A stretch of 32,000 nucleotides of DNA from Candidatus Saccharimonadota bacterium (GCA_003516025.1 CP023991.1:60001-92000); one strand, 5' to 3'. Positions 8,935 to 20,063 are shown, counted from the first letter of the stretch. Notes: generated from the letters alone by a model not told the origin. Program-made: numbers and translations.

Positions 8935-8968
8935 AAAGTTATGCTTTATTGTATCAGTGGCATGTTAA

Positions 8969-9826
8969 TTACAAAAGGCTCACCAGATATTGCCCGTAAC
9001 CCGACTTCTTCAAAGGCTCGGCCAAGGCCTGTAATTGCTCTGAATTGATGAACCCCTGCCGGTAAGCCACCTCCTCGATACAGCCGATTTTAATCCCCGT
9101 ACGCTTCTCGATAACCTTAATGTACTCGCTGGCCTCGTTCATGCTTTCGAAAGTGCCGGTGTCGAGCCAGGCGGAGCCGCGGTCCATGACCTGGACTTTG
9201 AGCTTGCCCGACTGCAAATATACTTCATTAACGGCGGTGATTTCCAGTTCACCGCGGTCAGAGGGCTGGATGGACTTAGCGACATCGACAACCGAGTTAT
9301 CGTAGAAGTAGAGGCCTACGACGGCGAAGTTGGACTTAGCGACCGTTGGTTTTTCCTCGATGGAGATTGCCTGGTTTTCGGAGTTAAATTCTACGACACC
9401 ATAGCGCTCAGGATCTGAGACCTGGTATGCAAAGACGATGCCGCCATCCGGGTCGGTGCATTCCTGCAAACTTTGGCCGAATGCTTCACCGTAAAAGATG
9501 TTGTCACCAAGCACCAGGGCAACTTTATCGTCGCCAATAAATTCCTCGCCGATAATAAACGCCTGGGCCAGGCCTTCCGGCTTTGGCTGGGCAGCGTACT
9601 GCAAATTAATACCAAGTTCTGAGCCGTCACCGAGCAGGCGCTGGAACTGAGCCTGATCCTGCGGGGTAGTGATGATAAGGATTTCACGGATGCCAGCCTG
9701 CATGAGGGTGCTCAGCGGGTAATAAATCATCGGTTTGTCATAAATAGGCATAATCTGCTTAGAGATACCCTTGGTAATTGGATACAAACGTGTGCCCGAG
9801 CCACCAGCAAGAATGATTCCCTTCAT
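8969..9826 (-). CDS. rfbA: Glucose-1-phosphate thymidylyltransferase
   Basis: 285 aa starting [18 protein letters not shown] (the RmlA signature). AGGAGG Shine-Dalgarno 7 nt upstream (complement of 9834-9839). TAATG overlap with rfbD. Confidence 0.95.
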   Translation of the reverse strand: MKGIILAGGSGTRLYPITKGISKQIMPIYDKPMIYYPLSTLMQAGIREILIITTPQDQAQFQRLLGDGSELGINLQYAAQPKPEGLAQAFIIGEEFIGDDKVALVLGDNIFYGEAFGQSLQECTDPDGGIVFAYQVSDPERYGVVEFNSENQAISIEEKPTVAKSNFAVVGLYFYDNSVVDVAKSIQPSDRGELEITAVNEVYLQSGKLKVQVMDRGSAWLDTGTFESMNEASEYIKVIEKRTGIKIGCIEEVAYRQGFINSEQLQALAEPLKKSGYGQYLVSLL

Positions 9827-10692
9827 TATTTAACCTCCTGGTTAAGTTCATTATGGATATACTGTTGTAAGTCATCGTGCCAATCGCGCAGTTCAAGGCC
9901 CGTAGCTTTGATTTTAGCGAGGTCCATAGCGCTCTGCAATGGGCGCGGCGCTGACTCCGGTTTTGCGGCGAAGTATTCGGCCGTGGTCGTGTCAGTAACC
10001 GTTAGGTCGTTACGGCCCATCAGGCTGAAAATGGCGCGCGTAACGTCGGCCCAGCTCACTGCCTCACCTTCGTTACTGACATTGTAAATGCCAGGAGCCG
10101 CACTGGTGCTGAGCACCTGGTCAACCGCATCAACCAGCGTTGAAGTGAATGTTAAGCGGCCAATCTGGTCGCCGACAACGGTAGGGGATATGTTACGGCC
10201 AGCCAGGCCGATCATAGTTCTGACAAAGTTCTGGCCCTCGCCGATTACCCAGCTTGTACGAAGGACGTACGTTTTACCATGTATGAGCGCGGCAGTGTCT
10301 CCGGCGGCCTTCGTTTGGGCGTAGACGCTTAGCGGTGAAACTGATTCGTCTTCATGGTGTGGCACCTGGGTGCCGTCGAACACGTATTCTGAAGATATGT
10401 GTACTAATGGTATGTCGTTCGCAATTGCTGTTCGGGTCAGGTTAGCGACCCCAACCGCGTTAACTTTCCAAGCAATAATGCGGCCCTCGGCGGTTTCGGC
10501 CCCATCGACATTGGTATAAGCGGCGGCATTCAGGATTGCAGATACGTTGGACCAGTCATAGGCAGCGACCGCTTTAGAATCCGTAATATCAAGTTCTGAC
10601 GAGTCGACGGCAGCCGCATCGGGGTATTTCTGGCGTAATGCGGTGCCAAGCTGTCCATTGGCGCCAATTATCAAAAATTTAGAACTGTCCAT
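9826..10692 (-). CDS. rfbD: dTDP-4-dehydrorhamnose reductase
   Basis: 288 aa with a GANGQLG Rossmann motif. Length and operon position between rfbC and rfbA fit RmlD. Confidence 0.9.
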   Translation of the reverse strand: MDSSKFLIIGANGQLGTALRQKYPDAAAVDSSELDITDSKAVAAYDWSNVSAILNAAAYTNVDGAETAEGRIIAWKVNAVGVANLTRTAIANDIPLVHISSEYVFDGTQVPHHEDESVSPLSVYAQTKAAGDTAALIHGKTYVLRTSWVIGEGQNFVRTMIGLAGRNISPTVVGDQIGRLTFTSTLVDAVDQVLSTSAAPGIYNVSNEGEAVSWADVTRAIFSLMGRNDLTVTDTTTAEYFAAKPESAPRPLQSAMDLAKIKATGLELRDWHDDLQQYIHNELNQEVK

Positions 10693-10695
10693 ACC

Positions 10696-11268
10696 TTAGA
10701 CTTCCATTGGTGTTATGTCTTGTAAAAGCGGGTGGTTGCGGTCGCGGTCGTTAACATTGGCTTCATCAAGGCTGATTGGCCATTGTATGTCCAGGCTTTC
10801 ATCTCCGAGGTTCACAAAGCAGTATTTTTCGTAATTGTCAGCGCTCCAGTGAGAGTTAACGCTATAGAGGTAATAGGTATCGTCCTCCAACGTCTGGAAT
10901 GAATTGGCGACCCCTTGTGGCAAAAATACAGTCACATTCGGATTGATTTCCACGGTAACGACTTTACCAAACGAGTCACCCTTACGAAGATCGACATAAG
11001 CGGCGAAAACTTTGCCCTTCACGACAGAAATATATTTATCCCATGGTTCGGCGTGCAATCCGCGTGTCACGCCGGCCTGTTTGTTGTAGGACAGACTGTT
11101 TTGGACGACATTAAAAGCTTCGGGCATACCAGCAGCAACCAGCTTGGCTTTTTGGAACTTTTCCTGGAAATACCCGCGGTCATCGCCGACGTAATTCACG
11201 TCGAATATCAGCAGGCCCGGTATTTCAGTTTGGCGAACGTTGAATTCGGTAGTTGGAAGATTGGCCAT
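10696..11268 (-). CDS. rfbC: dTDP-4-dehydrorhamnose 3,5-epimerase
   Basis: 190-aa cupin-type protein (DDRGYFQE..., RGLHAEPWDKY). AAGGAG Shine-Dalgarno 7 nt upstream. Sits in the rml operon. Confidence 0.9.
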   Translation of the reverse strand: MANLPTTEFNVRQTEIPGLLIFDVNYVGDDRGYFQEKFQKAKLVAAGMPEAFNVVQNSLSYNKQAGVTRGLHAEPWDKYISVVKGKVFAAYVDLRKGDSFGKVVTVEINPNVTVFLPQGVANSFQTLEDDTYYLYSVNSHWSADNYEKYCFVNLGDESLDIQWPISLDEANVNDRDRNHPLLQDITPMEV

Positions 11269-11280
11269 TCATATGCTCCT

Positions 11281-12318
<1,038 letters not shown>

Positions 12319-12369
12319 TTAGGCTCGCTTTAATCTGTTGTAGTTTGTAAAAACAGCAACATATGCATT

Positions 12370-13383
12370 TTATACAACATTTTTATAGCCATTAGGATTG
12401 CCAGATTGCCAGTGCCAGGCATCGGCACTGGCATCGGTGATGGTTCGTTTCACACGCCAGCCGAGTTGGGATTCAGCAAGCGCGGCATCAGCATAGTATT
12501 CTGCCAGATCACCGGCTCGGCGATCAGCGAACTGGTAGGGAATTGTTTGTCCGGTAGCCTGTTCAAAGGCTACGATCACCTCTAGAACGCTTTCACCGTG
12601 ACCGGCGCCAAGGTTAAAAGTATGGAAGCCGGGATCATATATTTTTTGTAAGGCTGCCAGATGTCCTTCGGCGAGATCGGCCACGTGGATGTAGTCGCGA
12701 ATAGCCGTGCCGTCCTTTGTCGGATAGTCATTGCCGTACACCGACAGCTTTTCGCGCTGGCCGGCCGCTACCTGGCTGATGTAGGGCATTAAATTATTAG
12801 GAATGCCGTTTGGATCCTCACCGATTTCTCCCGATGGATGGGCTCCAACCGGGTTGAAGTAACGGAGTGCTACGGCGCAAAAATCAGGATTCGCGGCCGC
12901 TACATCGGCTAAAACCAGTTCTGACACGAACTTAGTGCGGCCGTAAGGGTTTTGCGGTTCGCGGGGTGTGCTTTCAGTGTAGGGTATCGGCTGATCACCA
13001 TATACGGTCGCCGACGAGCTGAATATGATTTTGTTTACTCCTGTTGCCAGCATTGCCTTGCAAACCGAAACCGTACCGCCGACGTTTGTCTGGTAGTAGC
13101 GCAGCGGATCGGCGACCGATTCACCGACAGCCTTCAGGGCCGCGAAGTGGATGACAGCGTCAACTCTATTGTCTTTTAAGACACGGACGATGAAATCAGT
13201 ATCAAGTACATCGCCCTCTATAAAATCAGGGCGTTTACCGGTAATCTTTTCGATTCTGTCCAGAACAATTTTGCTGCTATTGTCCAGGTTGTCGACGATA
13301 ATTACTTCATGGCCATTCGCCAGCAGCTCTACCGTAGTATGGCTCCCAATGTAACCAGTACCACCCGTCACTAATACTTTCAC
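12370..13383 (-). CDS. galE: UDP-glucose 4-epimerase
   Basis: 337 aa with TGGTGYIGSH and PYGRTK (YxxxK). GTG start with an AAGGAG Shine-Dalgarno 7 nt upstream. Confidence 0.9.
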   Translation of the reverse strand: MKVLVTGGTGYIGSHTTVELLANGHEVIIVDNLDNSSKIVLDRIEKITGKRPDFIEGDVLDTDFIVRVLKDNRVDAVIHFAALKAVGESVADPLRYYQTNVGGTVSVCKAMLATGVNKIIFSSSATVYGDQPIPYTESTPREPQNPYGRTKFVSELVLADVAAANPDFCAVALRYFNPVGAHPSGEIGEDPNGIPNNLMPYISQVAAGQREKLSVYGNDYPTKDGTAIRDYIHVADLAEGHLAALQKIYDPGFHTFNLGAGHGESVLEVIVAFEQATGQTIPYQFADRRAGDLAEYYADAALAESQLGWRVKRTITDASADAWHWQSGNPNGYKNVV

Positions 13384-13384
13384 C

Positions 13385-14752
13385 TTATGACTCCTTGATT
13401 AGGGAAGTTACTTTTTCGACTAATTGATCCAAGTCGGCGTTGCTGTTAGCCTCGGCGTTCAACCGCAACACTGGCTCGGTATTGCTGGCGCGTACATTAA
13501 ACCAACTGCCGCCAGGCAACGCGACGGTCAGGCCGTCGAGCCGGTCAAACTGTGCGTCAGGGAATGCTGCTTCAATGCGGGCGATTACTTCGTCCTTATT
13601 TTCAACTGTAAAGTTGGTCTCCGGAATGCTTGGATATACTGAGTACATTTCGCGGATTTCTGAAAGTTTCTTGCCGCGCAGGTTAGCGACGTATAAACCA
13701 ATGACTGCGGCAATCAGGCCCGAGTCGGCATAAAAGTTGTCGCGGAAGTAGAAATGGCCGGAGACTTCGCCGCCAAACGGGGCGTTCTTCTCACGCATCA
13801 CCTGTTTAATGAAAGAGTGGCCGACTTTAGTCCGTACCGGGTAACCGCCTTTAGCTTCAATCAGTTCGCGGACACTTTTAGATACACGGACATCATAGAG
13901 AATGCTCGATTCCGGGAAACGTTCCAGGAAATACTCGGCCAGTAAGGAGATCATGACATTTCCAGGTATGACTTCACCGGTTTCATCGACGAGAAATGCC
14001 CGGTCACCATCACCGTCGAAAGCAATGCCGCCGTCAAGATTATTGGTTTTAATGGTCGCAATAAGATCGGATAATGTTTCGAATTTAAGCGGGTTAGCTT
14101 CATGGTTCGGGAAAGTTCCATCGAGTTCGAAATACATTTCCGTGACGTCCCATGGCACATATGGTTCGAGTTCCGGGAAGATTTTACCGGCCATGCCATT
14201 ACCGGCATCAACGGCAATCCGTGATTCGGTTAGCTTGTCGGTTTCGATGAACGATAGCGTGTGCTGGATCCAATCTTCAATAACATCTTTGCTTTCCAAG
14301 CCGCCTTGTTCGTGGGCTGGAGTAAATTCATTCCGGATAACAGCGTCGCGGATGTCGAACAGGCCGGATTCCTGGCCGATAGGGCGGGCTTTGGCGCGGC
14401 ATAATTTAATGCCGTTGTATTCGCCAGGGTTATGGCTGGCAGTGATCATGGCGCCACCGGCCAGGTTGTAATGGCCGACGACGAAGTAAATCATATCGCT
14501 GGTGACTTCACCGATGTCCCACACGGTATACCCTTGGGAACGGGCTCCTTCTATGAGTGCGGCGGCCAGTTCGGCGGAGTCAGGACGCATATCGCGGCCA
14601 ACTGCGATAGTTTTACTCTCATGTTCAGGCAGCCAGCCGGTAAAGGCCTGTCCGATACTGTTAGCGACATCGGCGGTCAATTCGGTGCCCACCCGGCCTC
14701 GAATGTCATAAGCTTTGAAGATTGCAGTGATAGAATCAGGAACCAAATCCAT
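13385..14752 (-). CDS. Phosphomannomutase/phosphoglucomutase (alpha-D-phosphohexomutase family)
   Basis: 455 aa. Active-site loop TASHNPGEYNG and metal-binding loop FDGDGDR. GAGGGAG Shine-Dalgarno 6 nt upstream. Confidence 0.9.
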   Translation of the reverse strand: MDLVPDSITAIFKAYDIRGRVGTELTADVANSIGQAFTGWLPEHESKTIAVGRDMRPDSAELAAALIEGARSQGYTVWDIGEVTSDMIYFVVGHYNLAGGAMITASHNPGEYNGIKLCRAKARPIGQESGLFDIRDAVIRNEFTPAHEQGGLESKDVIEDWIQHTLSFIETDKLTESRIAVDAGNGMAGKIFPELEPYVPWDVTEMYFELDGTFPNHEANPLKFETLSDLIATIKTNNLDGGIAFDGDGDRAFLVDETGEVIPGNVMISLLAEYFLERFPESSILYDVRVSKSVRELIEAKGGYPVRTKVGHSFIKQVMREKNAPFGGEVSGHFYFRDNFYADSGLIAAVIGLYVANLRGKKLSEIREMYSVYPSIPETNFTVENKDEVIARIEAAFPDAQFDRLDGLTVALPGGSWFNVRASNTEPVLRLNAEANSNADLDQLVEKVTSLIKES

Positions 14753-14846
14753 GTAGTACTCCCTCGGTCTTAGTGCTTTAATGATACAGGATTTCTGCGC
14801 TTGCTTTATAATTTGAGGGTATATACATCATTAATCTGGAAAGTTC

Positions 14847-15290
14847 ATGAAAGTAATTATTGTTAGCGGATACTTTAACCCTTTGCATGGTGGCCACCTG
14901 GACATGATCGAAGCCGCCCGTGCCATGGGTGATAAGCTGATTGTTATCGTCAATAACGACAAGCAGCAGCTGCTTAAGAAAGGTAAGATCATCCTTGATG
15001 AAAAAAATCGTTTGCGGCTGCTCAGGGCGCTGCGGGACGTTAACGAGGTGGTACTTTCGATCGACGAGGAACCATCTGTTATAAATACCTTGGAAATGAT
15101 TGCCCGGCAGCATCCCGGTGATGAACTGGTCTTCGCGAATGGCGGCGACCGTGACAGCGAAAAAGAAGTTCCCGAAGCTGAAATCTGCAAGCGGTACAAT
15201 ATCGAGATGCGATTTGATGCCGGTGAGGGTAAGTCTGACTCCTCGACGCGTATCAACCAGGCCACCGGCCACGAAGTAGTGCAAGATTAA
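14847..15290 (+). CDS. Cytidylyltransferase-family nucleotidyltransferase (TagD/HldC-like; substrate unknown)
   Basis: 147 aa. N-terminal MKVIIVSGYFNPLHGGHLDMI carries the HxGH nucleotidyltransferase motif. The fully overlapping minus-strand ORFs (14778-15284, 14831-15265) lack motifs and are treated as antisense artefacts. Confidence 0.75.
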   Translation: MKVIIVSGYFNPLHGGHLDMIEAARAMGDKLIVIVNNDKQQLLKKGKIILDEKNRLRLLRALRDVNEVVLSIDEEPSVINTLEMIARQHPGDELVFANGGDRDSEKEVPEAEICKRYNIEMRFDAGEGKSDSSTRINQATGHEVVQD

Positions 15291-15676
15291 TCTATAACGG
15301 GCGTATCTGTCTTAAAAATCCGCGTTTTATAGAGGTAAAAGTTCCAGATTGTCGTTACGCCAAGCGCCAGTGTCCGGGCGATGTACGCTGGTACGACGCC
15401 GTCGAGTAAACCTGTCACTAAAATGGTAAATCCAAAGTTGAACAGCACCAGCAGGCTAAAGGCCAGGACTTGAGGCAAAAGCACTGTATGATGCAGGCGC
15501 CTGTCGCCGAAAGTGACTAACTTCTGCAAGCCGAATGAGACTGTGAGGCCGATCCAGAAGCTGAGCGCCACTGCCAGAACGTCATTCGCCCCTAGCTTTT
15601 GAGCGATAAATATAATTAATAACTCAAGCAGGTAGACGCTGCCACCGACAATCAGATACCGCCTGCCGGATGTCAT
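15287..15676 (-). CDS. GtrA-like family small membrane protein (paralog 2)
   Basis: 129 aa with 4 TM segments (YLIVGGSVYLLELLIIF..., SFGLQKLVTF). ATGA overlap with the upstream GT4 gene (15673-15676). Confidence 0.75.
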   Translation of the reverse strand: MTSGRRYLIVGGSVYLLELLIIFIAQKLGANDVLAVALSFWIGLTVSFGLQKLVTFGDRRLHHTVLLPQVLAFSLLVLFNFGFTILVTGLLDGVVPAYIARTLALGVTTIWNFYLYKTRIFKTDTPVID

Positions 15677-16809
15677 CGTTGCGTTTCCGCCGTTTCTATG
15701 CAGTGGCGGATCTCTTTCTCGAGCTGTGTATGGAATTCCGCGATACTGAACTTCGTGGCGGCGCTCGCCACCTTCTTGTTGTCGTACTTCTCGGGTTTGA
15801 AGTCTTGTAGTGTCTCCATAAGGCTCTCCACGGTTTGCTCTTCGAAAAACTCGCCACTGACACCCGGTTTCACATAGTCGAGTGCCCCGCCGGCTTTGTA
15901 GGCGATAACCGGAGTGCCGGCAGCTAAAGCTTCGACCGGAGCAATCCCGAAATCATCAACACCTGGAAAAACAAAGGCTTCGGCCAGCTGCAGATGGCGA
16001 GCCACCTCTTCTTCTTTCAAAAAGCCCAGGAAGCGGACTGACGCGCCAGCCATAGCGGTTAGCATGTTGTAGTCCGGCCCGCTGCCGATTACTTTCAGCG
16101 GCAAACCCAAGCGGCTGCAGGCGGCAACAGCCAGGTCAACCCGCTTATAGGGTGTTTGCCGGCCGGTAATAACAAAACCGAAACGCTCAGTGGGTTCGGT
16201 TGTCTTGAACCGCGCAATGTCTACGGGAGGGAATACGACCGAGGCATCACGGCTGTAATACTTCTTAATTTCATCTTTGATGTGCGTGGAGTTGGCGATA
16301 ATGTAGTCCGGCCGCTGCGCGGCTTTGTAATCCCATTTACGCAGCGGTGCTACCAGTAAGCGTAGTCCAAGCCGGGCCAGGGGGTTAAAGACGCCGAAGC
16401 CGGGGCGCTTCATGTATTCGTCGTAGCGGCTCCAATAGTAATGCGTCGGTGCGTGGCAGTAATTTATGTGCAGCGTGCCTTCCGGTACGTTAATACCCTT
16501 AGCTTCAGCGCCGGAGCTGCTTATGACAAGGTCGTAGCCTTCGAGCTTCAAACGGGTAAACCACCAAATGCGCAGCAGCGGCAAAAACTTGCGTAAGCGG
16601 TTGAAGGGCCAATGTTGCAGCGGCCCGGTTTTAACCATGCCATGCAGGCGTTTTTTCCATTCTTTAGTGGCGTATGAGGTGTATATCGGGGCATACGGAA
16701 ACATGTTATGCAGTTCAAGTACTACTTTTTCCGCGCCGCCGCCGATCAGCCAGTCGTGTACGACGGCAACCTTCATGGTTTTGAGCGGTTCGGGAGTTTT
16801 AGTAGCCAT
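15673..16809 (-). CDS. GT4 (group 1) glycosyltransferase
   Basis: 378 aa with GT-B features: N-terminal VHDWLIGGGAEKVV, and a C-terminal EAFVFPGVDDFGIAPVEALAAGTPVIA (E-x7-E-like region). Confidence 0.85.
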   Translation of the reverse strand: MATKTPEPLKTMKVAVVHDWLIGGGAEKVVLELHNMFPYAPIYTSYATKEWKKRLHGMVKTGPLQHWPFNRLRKFLPLLRIWWFTRLKLEGYDLVISSSGAEAKGINVPEGTLHINYCHAPTHYYWSRYDEYMKRPGFGVFNPLARLGLRLLVAPLRKWDYKAAQRPDYIIANSTHIKDEIKKYYSRDASVVFPPVDIARFKTTEPTERFGFVITGRQTPYKRVDLAVAACSRLGLPLKVIGSGPDYNMLTAMAGASVRFLGFLKEEEVARHLQLAEAFVFPGVDDFGIAPVEALAAGTPVIAYKAGGALDYVKPGVSGEFFEEQTVESLMETLQDFKPEKYDNKKVASAATKFSIAEFHTQLEKEIRHCIETAETQR

Positions 16810-16842
16810 TACGTGTATTGTAACTGGCTATATGGGTAAAAT

Positions 16843-18303
16843 CTACTCCGCGCCGGTGCGTTCCAGAACAACGCGGATAGTCTTAATCAAAATAGTGACG
16901 TCCAGCCAGAAGCTCCAGTTCTGCACGTAGTAAAGGTCGAGCTTGCGGCGTTCATCGAAACTGATGTTTTTACGGCCGGAAACCTGCGCCAGCCCTGTGA
17001 TACCTGATTTTACGGCTAAGATGGTGTGGCGCTTTTCGTATTGGGAGAGATCACGGGGGACTAGCGCGCGTGGCCCCACCAGGCTGATGTCACCCTTGAT
17101 GACGTTGAAGATTTGCGGCAGCTCATCAAGGCTGGTAGCCCGGAGAAACTTACCGATTTTGGTAATGCGCGGATCATCGGGAAGGTAATCGCCGTTTTTA
17201 CGGTACTCTATGGCAAGTTCCGGGCGTCCCATCTTAGCGAAGGCCTCTTCGGGGAGTAGCCCGTTATATGTGGCGTTCATGGTACGGAATTTAAAAACCC
17301 GAAACTCGTTATTGTAGCGTGTCAGGCGAATCTGGCGCAGGAACACCGGGCCGCCATCGGCCAGTTTTACCAGCAGGCCAATGAGCAAGAACAGCGGTGA
17401 CAACAGTACGACCGCCAGGATACTCATGCCGAAGTCAAAGATGCGTTTTACGATCCGTCCCCAGCCAATCAGAGCGGTCTGGTGGACGGCTATAACCGGG
17501 ATTGAGCCGCGGAACAGCTGCACGTCGATGTTCCCGACAAATAATTCGGTATTGCCCGGTACGAAGCGGTAGGCTACATGATTCACCTGGGCGTACTCTA
17601 AAATGTCCCGGTTGCGCGTTTCGTCGGCGTATAACTCGGTCTGGATAATCGTATGAACGGGCTCGTTAACACGTGGCAAGGCAGTTTTAAAGTCGCTATA
17701 TGTTTTGACATGGGTATGCTCACCAAGGGCAAATTTAGTACCGATAACGGCCACGATCTTATAACCTGATTGCCGGCTGTTTATGAGCAGATCGACCAAC
17801 TCGGCGGTCATCGTAGTGTTTCCTACGACTATTACGTTATTAAGGCCAACTTTGAATGAAAACAATTCGGTTCGGATTAACCGGGCTAAATTGCGGAAAA
17901 TAAGCAAAAACAGGAAGCCGAGTCCAAAACCGTAGATCGGTACCAGTTTGGCAGGGAACAGGGGTTCTTTGGATAAAAAGCTGATGAAGACAACGAACAA
18001 CAGGCCGATAAAAGACCCCACCAGCAGGCGACCAAATTCAACAAAGCGTTTTTCATAAATGGTGCTGTTATATAGTCCCAGCAGACCAAAGATACCAATC
18101 CAAAACGGCAGGACGAGGGCGAATGTCTCCAAATAAGTCCGGGCAGGAACGGCATTGGCGATAGGTACGTCGCTCAGGGTGACACGAAGAATAAAGGCGC
18201 CAACAAAGGCAGCAATTAAAGCCAGGAAGTCGCCGACTATTAAGAACAGATTATAGATTTGTGAAGCGTTGTTCTTCATGGGTATTATCGCGGTCGTGGA
18301 CAA
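16843..18303 (-). CDS. Polyprenyl-phosphate hexose-1-phosphate transferase (WbaP/EPS sugar-transferase family), initiating enzyme
   Basis: 486 aa. N-terminal TM bundle, central Rossmann-like region, and a C-terminal bacterial sugar-transferase domain (KRIFDFGMSILAVVLLSPLFLLIG...FKFRTM...DELPQIFNVIKGDISLVGPR). The track start is a TTG at 18303; an ATG at 18279 is an alternative. Confidence 0.9.
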   Translation of the reverse strand: MSTTAIIPMKNNASQIYNLFLIVGDFLALIAAFVGAFILRVTLSDVPIANAVPARTYLETFALVLPFWIGIFGLLGLYNSTIYEKRFVEFGRLLVGSFIGLLFVVFISFLSKEPLFPAKLVPIYGFGLGFLFLLIFRNLARLIRTELFSFKVGLNNVIVVGNTTMTAELVDLLINSRQSGYKIVAVIGTKFALGEHTHVKTYSDFKTALPRVNEPVHTIIQTELYADETRNRDILEYAQVNHVAYRFVPGNTELFVGNIDVQLFRGSIPVIAVHQTALIGWGRIVKRIFDFGMSILAVVLLSPLFLLIGLLVKLADGGPVFLRQIRLTRYNNEFRVFKFRTMNATYNGLLPEEAFAKMGRPELAIEYRKNGDYLPDDPRITKIGKFLRATSLDELPQIFNVIKGDISLVGPRALVPRDLSQYEKRHTILAVKSGITGLAQVSGRKNISFDERRKLDLYYVQNWSFWLDVTILIKTIRVVLERTGAE

Positions 18304-18331
18304 TAACCGCTATACTAGATTGTAACACCCT

Positions 18332-19642
18332 ATGCGCATACTAACTGATACAATTGCCCGATATATGAGCCGTTTGGCGGCACTGATCATCGTGCTTATG
18401 CCGTTTCACGCGTTTCTAACCGTTTGGGCATCGAGTTTAGTGGGTCATTACACGCTGTTAAGGTTATGGAAGGAGTTTGTATTGGCAGGATTGTGTATTG
18501 GTGCCTTGTATTTAGTGATACAGGATAAAAAGTTACGCTTCCGATTGCTCCATGACCGCTTGTTGCAATTGATATTCGCCTATGGCTGCCTGCTGCTTCT
18601 CGTAACCCTTTTTGCTCTATGGGCTGGCACAGTAACGCCCAAGGCTGCCGCCTATGGGCTGCTTCTCGACAGCCGGTTACTACTCTTTTTTATTGTTACC
18701 GCCGTTACTGCCCATTATTCCGACTTATTAGTGCGTGCCTGGCGGAGGCTACTGCTTATTCCGGCGGCTATAACGGTTGGTTTCGCGACGCTGCAGTATG
18801 CAGCACTGCCGTCCGACGTGCTGAGCCATTTCGGTTACGGGCCAGCAAGTATCAATCCGGTAGCCACGGTCGACCAGAAAAACGATTTTCAGCGCGTCCA
18901 GTCCACGCTTCGGGGACCCAATCCTTTCGGTACCTATCTTATCCTGGTTCTGGCGGCGCTCGGTACCCGGCTGATCCGTTTTCATAAGTCGTTTTGGCAG
19001 ACGGCCGCGTTCTTTATACTGAGCCTCTTGGCACTGTTTTTTACCTTTTCACGCAGCGCCTGGATTGGCGTGGTCTTCGCGCTGCTGTGGTTGCTTTGGC
19101 AGGCTGTTACGTCGCCAAAAACCCGTAAGCTGCTCATAGTCGCGTCGGCCGCCACGCTGGTGCTAGCCGCTGGAGCGATGTACGGCCTTCGGAATAATGA
19201 CTACTTCCAAAATGTTTTCTTCCATACGAATGAACATTCGTTAGCCAGTGAAAGCTCCAATACCGGTCACTTTACGGCCATCAAGGAAGGACTGGTTGAT
19301 ACCGCGCGGCAACCATGGGGCAGGGGTATTGGCACCGCAGGCCCGGCATCGGCTTACAATAGCGATCCAGCACGGATTTCTGAGAATTACTATATTCAAA
19401 TCGGGCAGGAAGCCGGTGTCTTGGGCGCGGGCTTATTTATAGCAATTACCGTCGTTGTTATGCGTCGGCTGCATGCTGTTCGGCAGCATGAACTGGCCCG
19501 GGTGCTGCTGGCCAGCTTTATAGGTATCTTAGCGGTTAACATGCTATCCCACGCCTGGGTGGATGACACCATCGCGTACATGTGGTGGGGGTTTGCCGGG
19601 GCGATGCTTGGGCTGGGCACTCAGAAGGAAATGGACGGCTAG
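18332..19642 (+). CDS. O-antigen ligase/polymerase family (Wzy_C-type) polytopic membrane protein
   Basis: 436 aa with at least 10 TM segments. Contains FTFSRSAWIG followed by an extracytoplasmic loop with His/Arg residues, the pattern of the Wzy_C domain. Confidence 0.8.
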   Translation: MRILTDTIARYMSRLAALIIVLMPFHAFLTVWASSLVGHYTLLRLWKEFVLAGLCIGALYLVIQDKKLRFRLLHDRLLQLIFAYGCLLLLVTLFALWAGTVTPKAAAYGLLLDSRLLLFFIVTAVTAHYSDLLVRAWRRLLLIPAAITVGFATLQYAALPSDVLSHFGYGPASINPVATVDQKNDFQRVQSTLRGPNPFGTYLILVLAALGTRLIRFHKSFWQTAAFFILSLLALFFTFSRSAWIGVVFALLWLLWQAVTSPKTRKLLIVASAATLVLAAGAMYGLRNNDYFQNVFFHTNEHSLASESSNTGHFTAIKEGLVDTARQPWGRGIGTAGPASAYNSDPARISENYYIQIGQEAGVLGAGLFIAITVVVMRRLHAVRQHELARVLLASFIGILAVNMLSHAWVDDTIAYMWWGFAGAMLGLGTQKEMDG

Positions 19643-19643
19643 C

Positions 19644-20039
19644 ATGAAGGCCCGCCTCATTCAATTTGCAGCGTACTTTATTGGCGGCAATGTTTTCTTT
19701 TACAGCGGCTACCTGACGTTCGGTCTATGTTACAGCGTATTTCATTGGCAGTGGTGGCAGGCCAAGCTGCTGGGCGACGCCATCGGCTGGACATTAAACT
19801 ACCTGGTACAGCGTTACTGGGCTTTTAACGGCAAAGACTTGCAGAAACAGGAAACTGCCAACCGGTTGCGCTACATCGTTATTTCCGTAGTTGATACTGT
19901 TTTAGACTACTTGATTGTCGGCGGCCTCGTACATCTCGGTGTAACACCATATATTGGGATGTTCGTAGCAGCCGGATTCTTTACGGTTTGGAATTATGTA
20001 TGGTACCGCTTCTGGGTATTCAAACCTGCTAAAGCTTAG
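19644..20039 (+). CDS. GtrA-like family small membrane protein (paralog 3)
   Basis: Track ORF begins at 19563 inside the upstream gene. I use the ATG at 19644 (MKARLIQFAAYFIGGNVFFYSG...), 1 nt after the upstream stop. 4 TM segments; NYLVQRYWAF and WNYVWYRFWVF motifs. Confidence 0.75.
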   Translation: MKARLIQFAAYFIGGNVFFYSGYLTFGLCYSVFHWQWWQAKLLGDAIGWTLNYLVQRYWAFNGKDLQKQETANRLRYIVISVVDTVLDYLIVGGLVHLGVTPYIGMFVAAGFFTVWNYVWYRFWVFKPAKA

Positions 20040-20063
20040 ATTTGGCGTATAATAGGCCTAAAT

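Noticed and set aside
14778-15284. 168-aa and 144-aa minus-strand ORFs that fully overlap the plus-strand 147-aa ORF.
   Set aside because: Only the plus-strand frame carries a recognisable fold signature (GYFNPLHGGH nucleotidyltransferase motif). The minus-strand translations are low-complexity and motif-free.
20053-20060. TAGGCCTA palindrome between the -10-like box and the start of the lexA-like gene, as a possible autoregulatory operator.
   Set aside because: An 8-nt palindrome is expected about once per 256 positions by chance. No second copy or extended arms are present.
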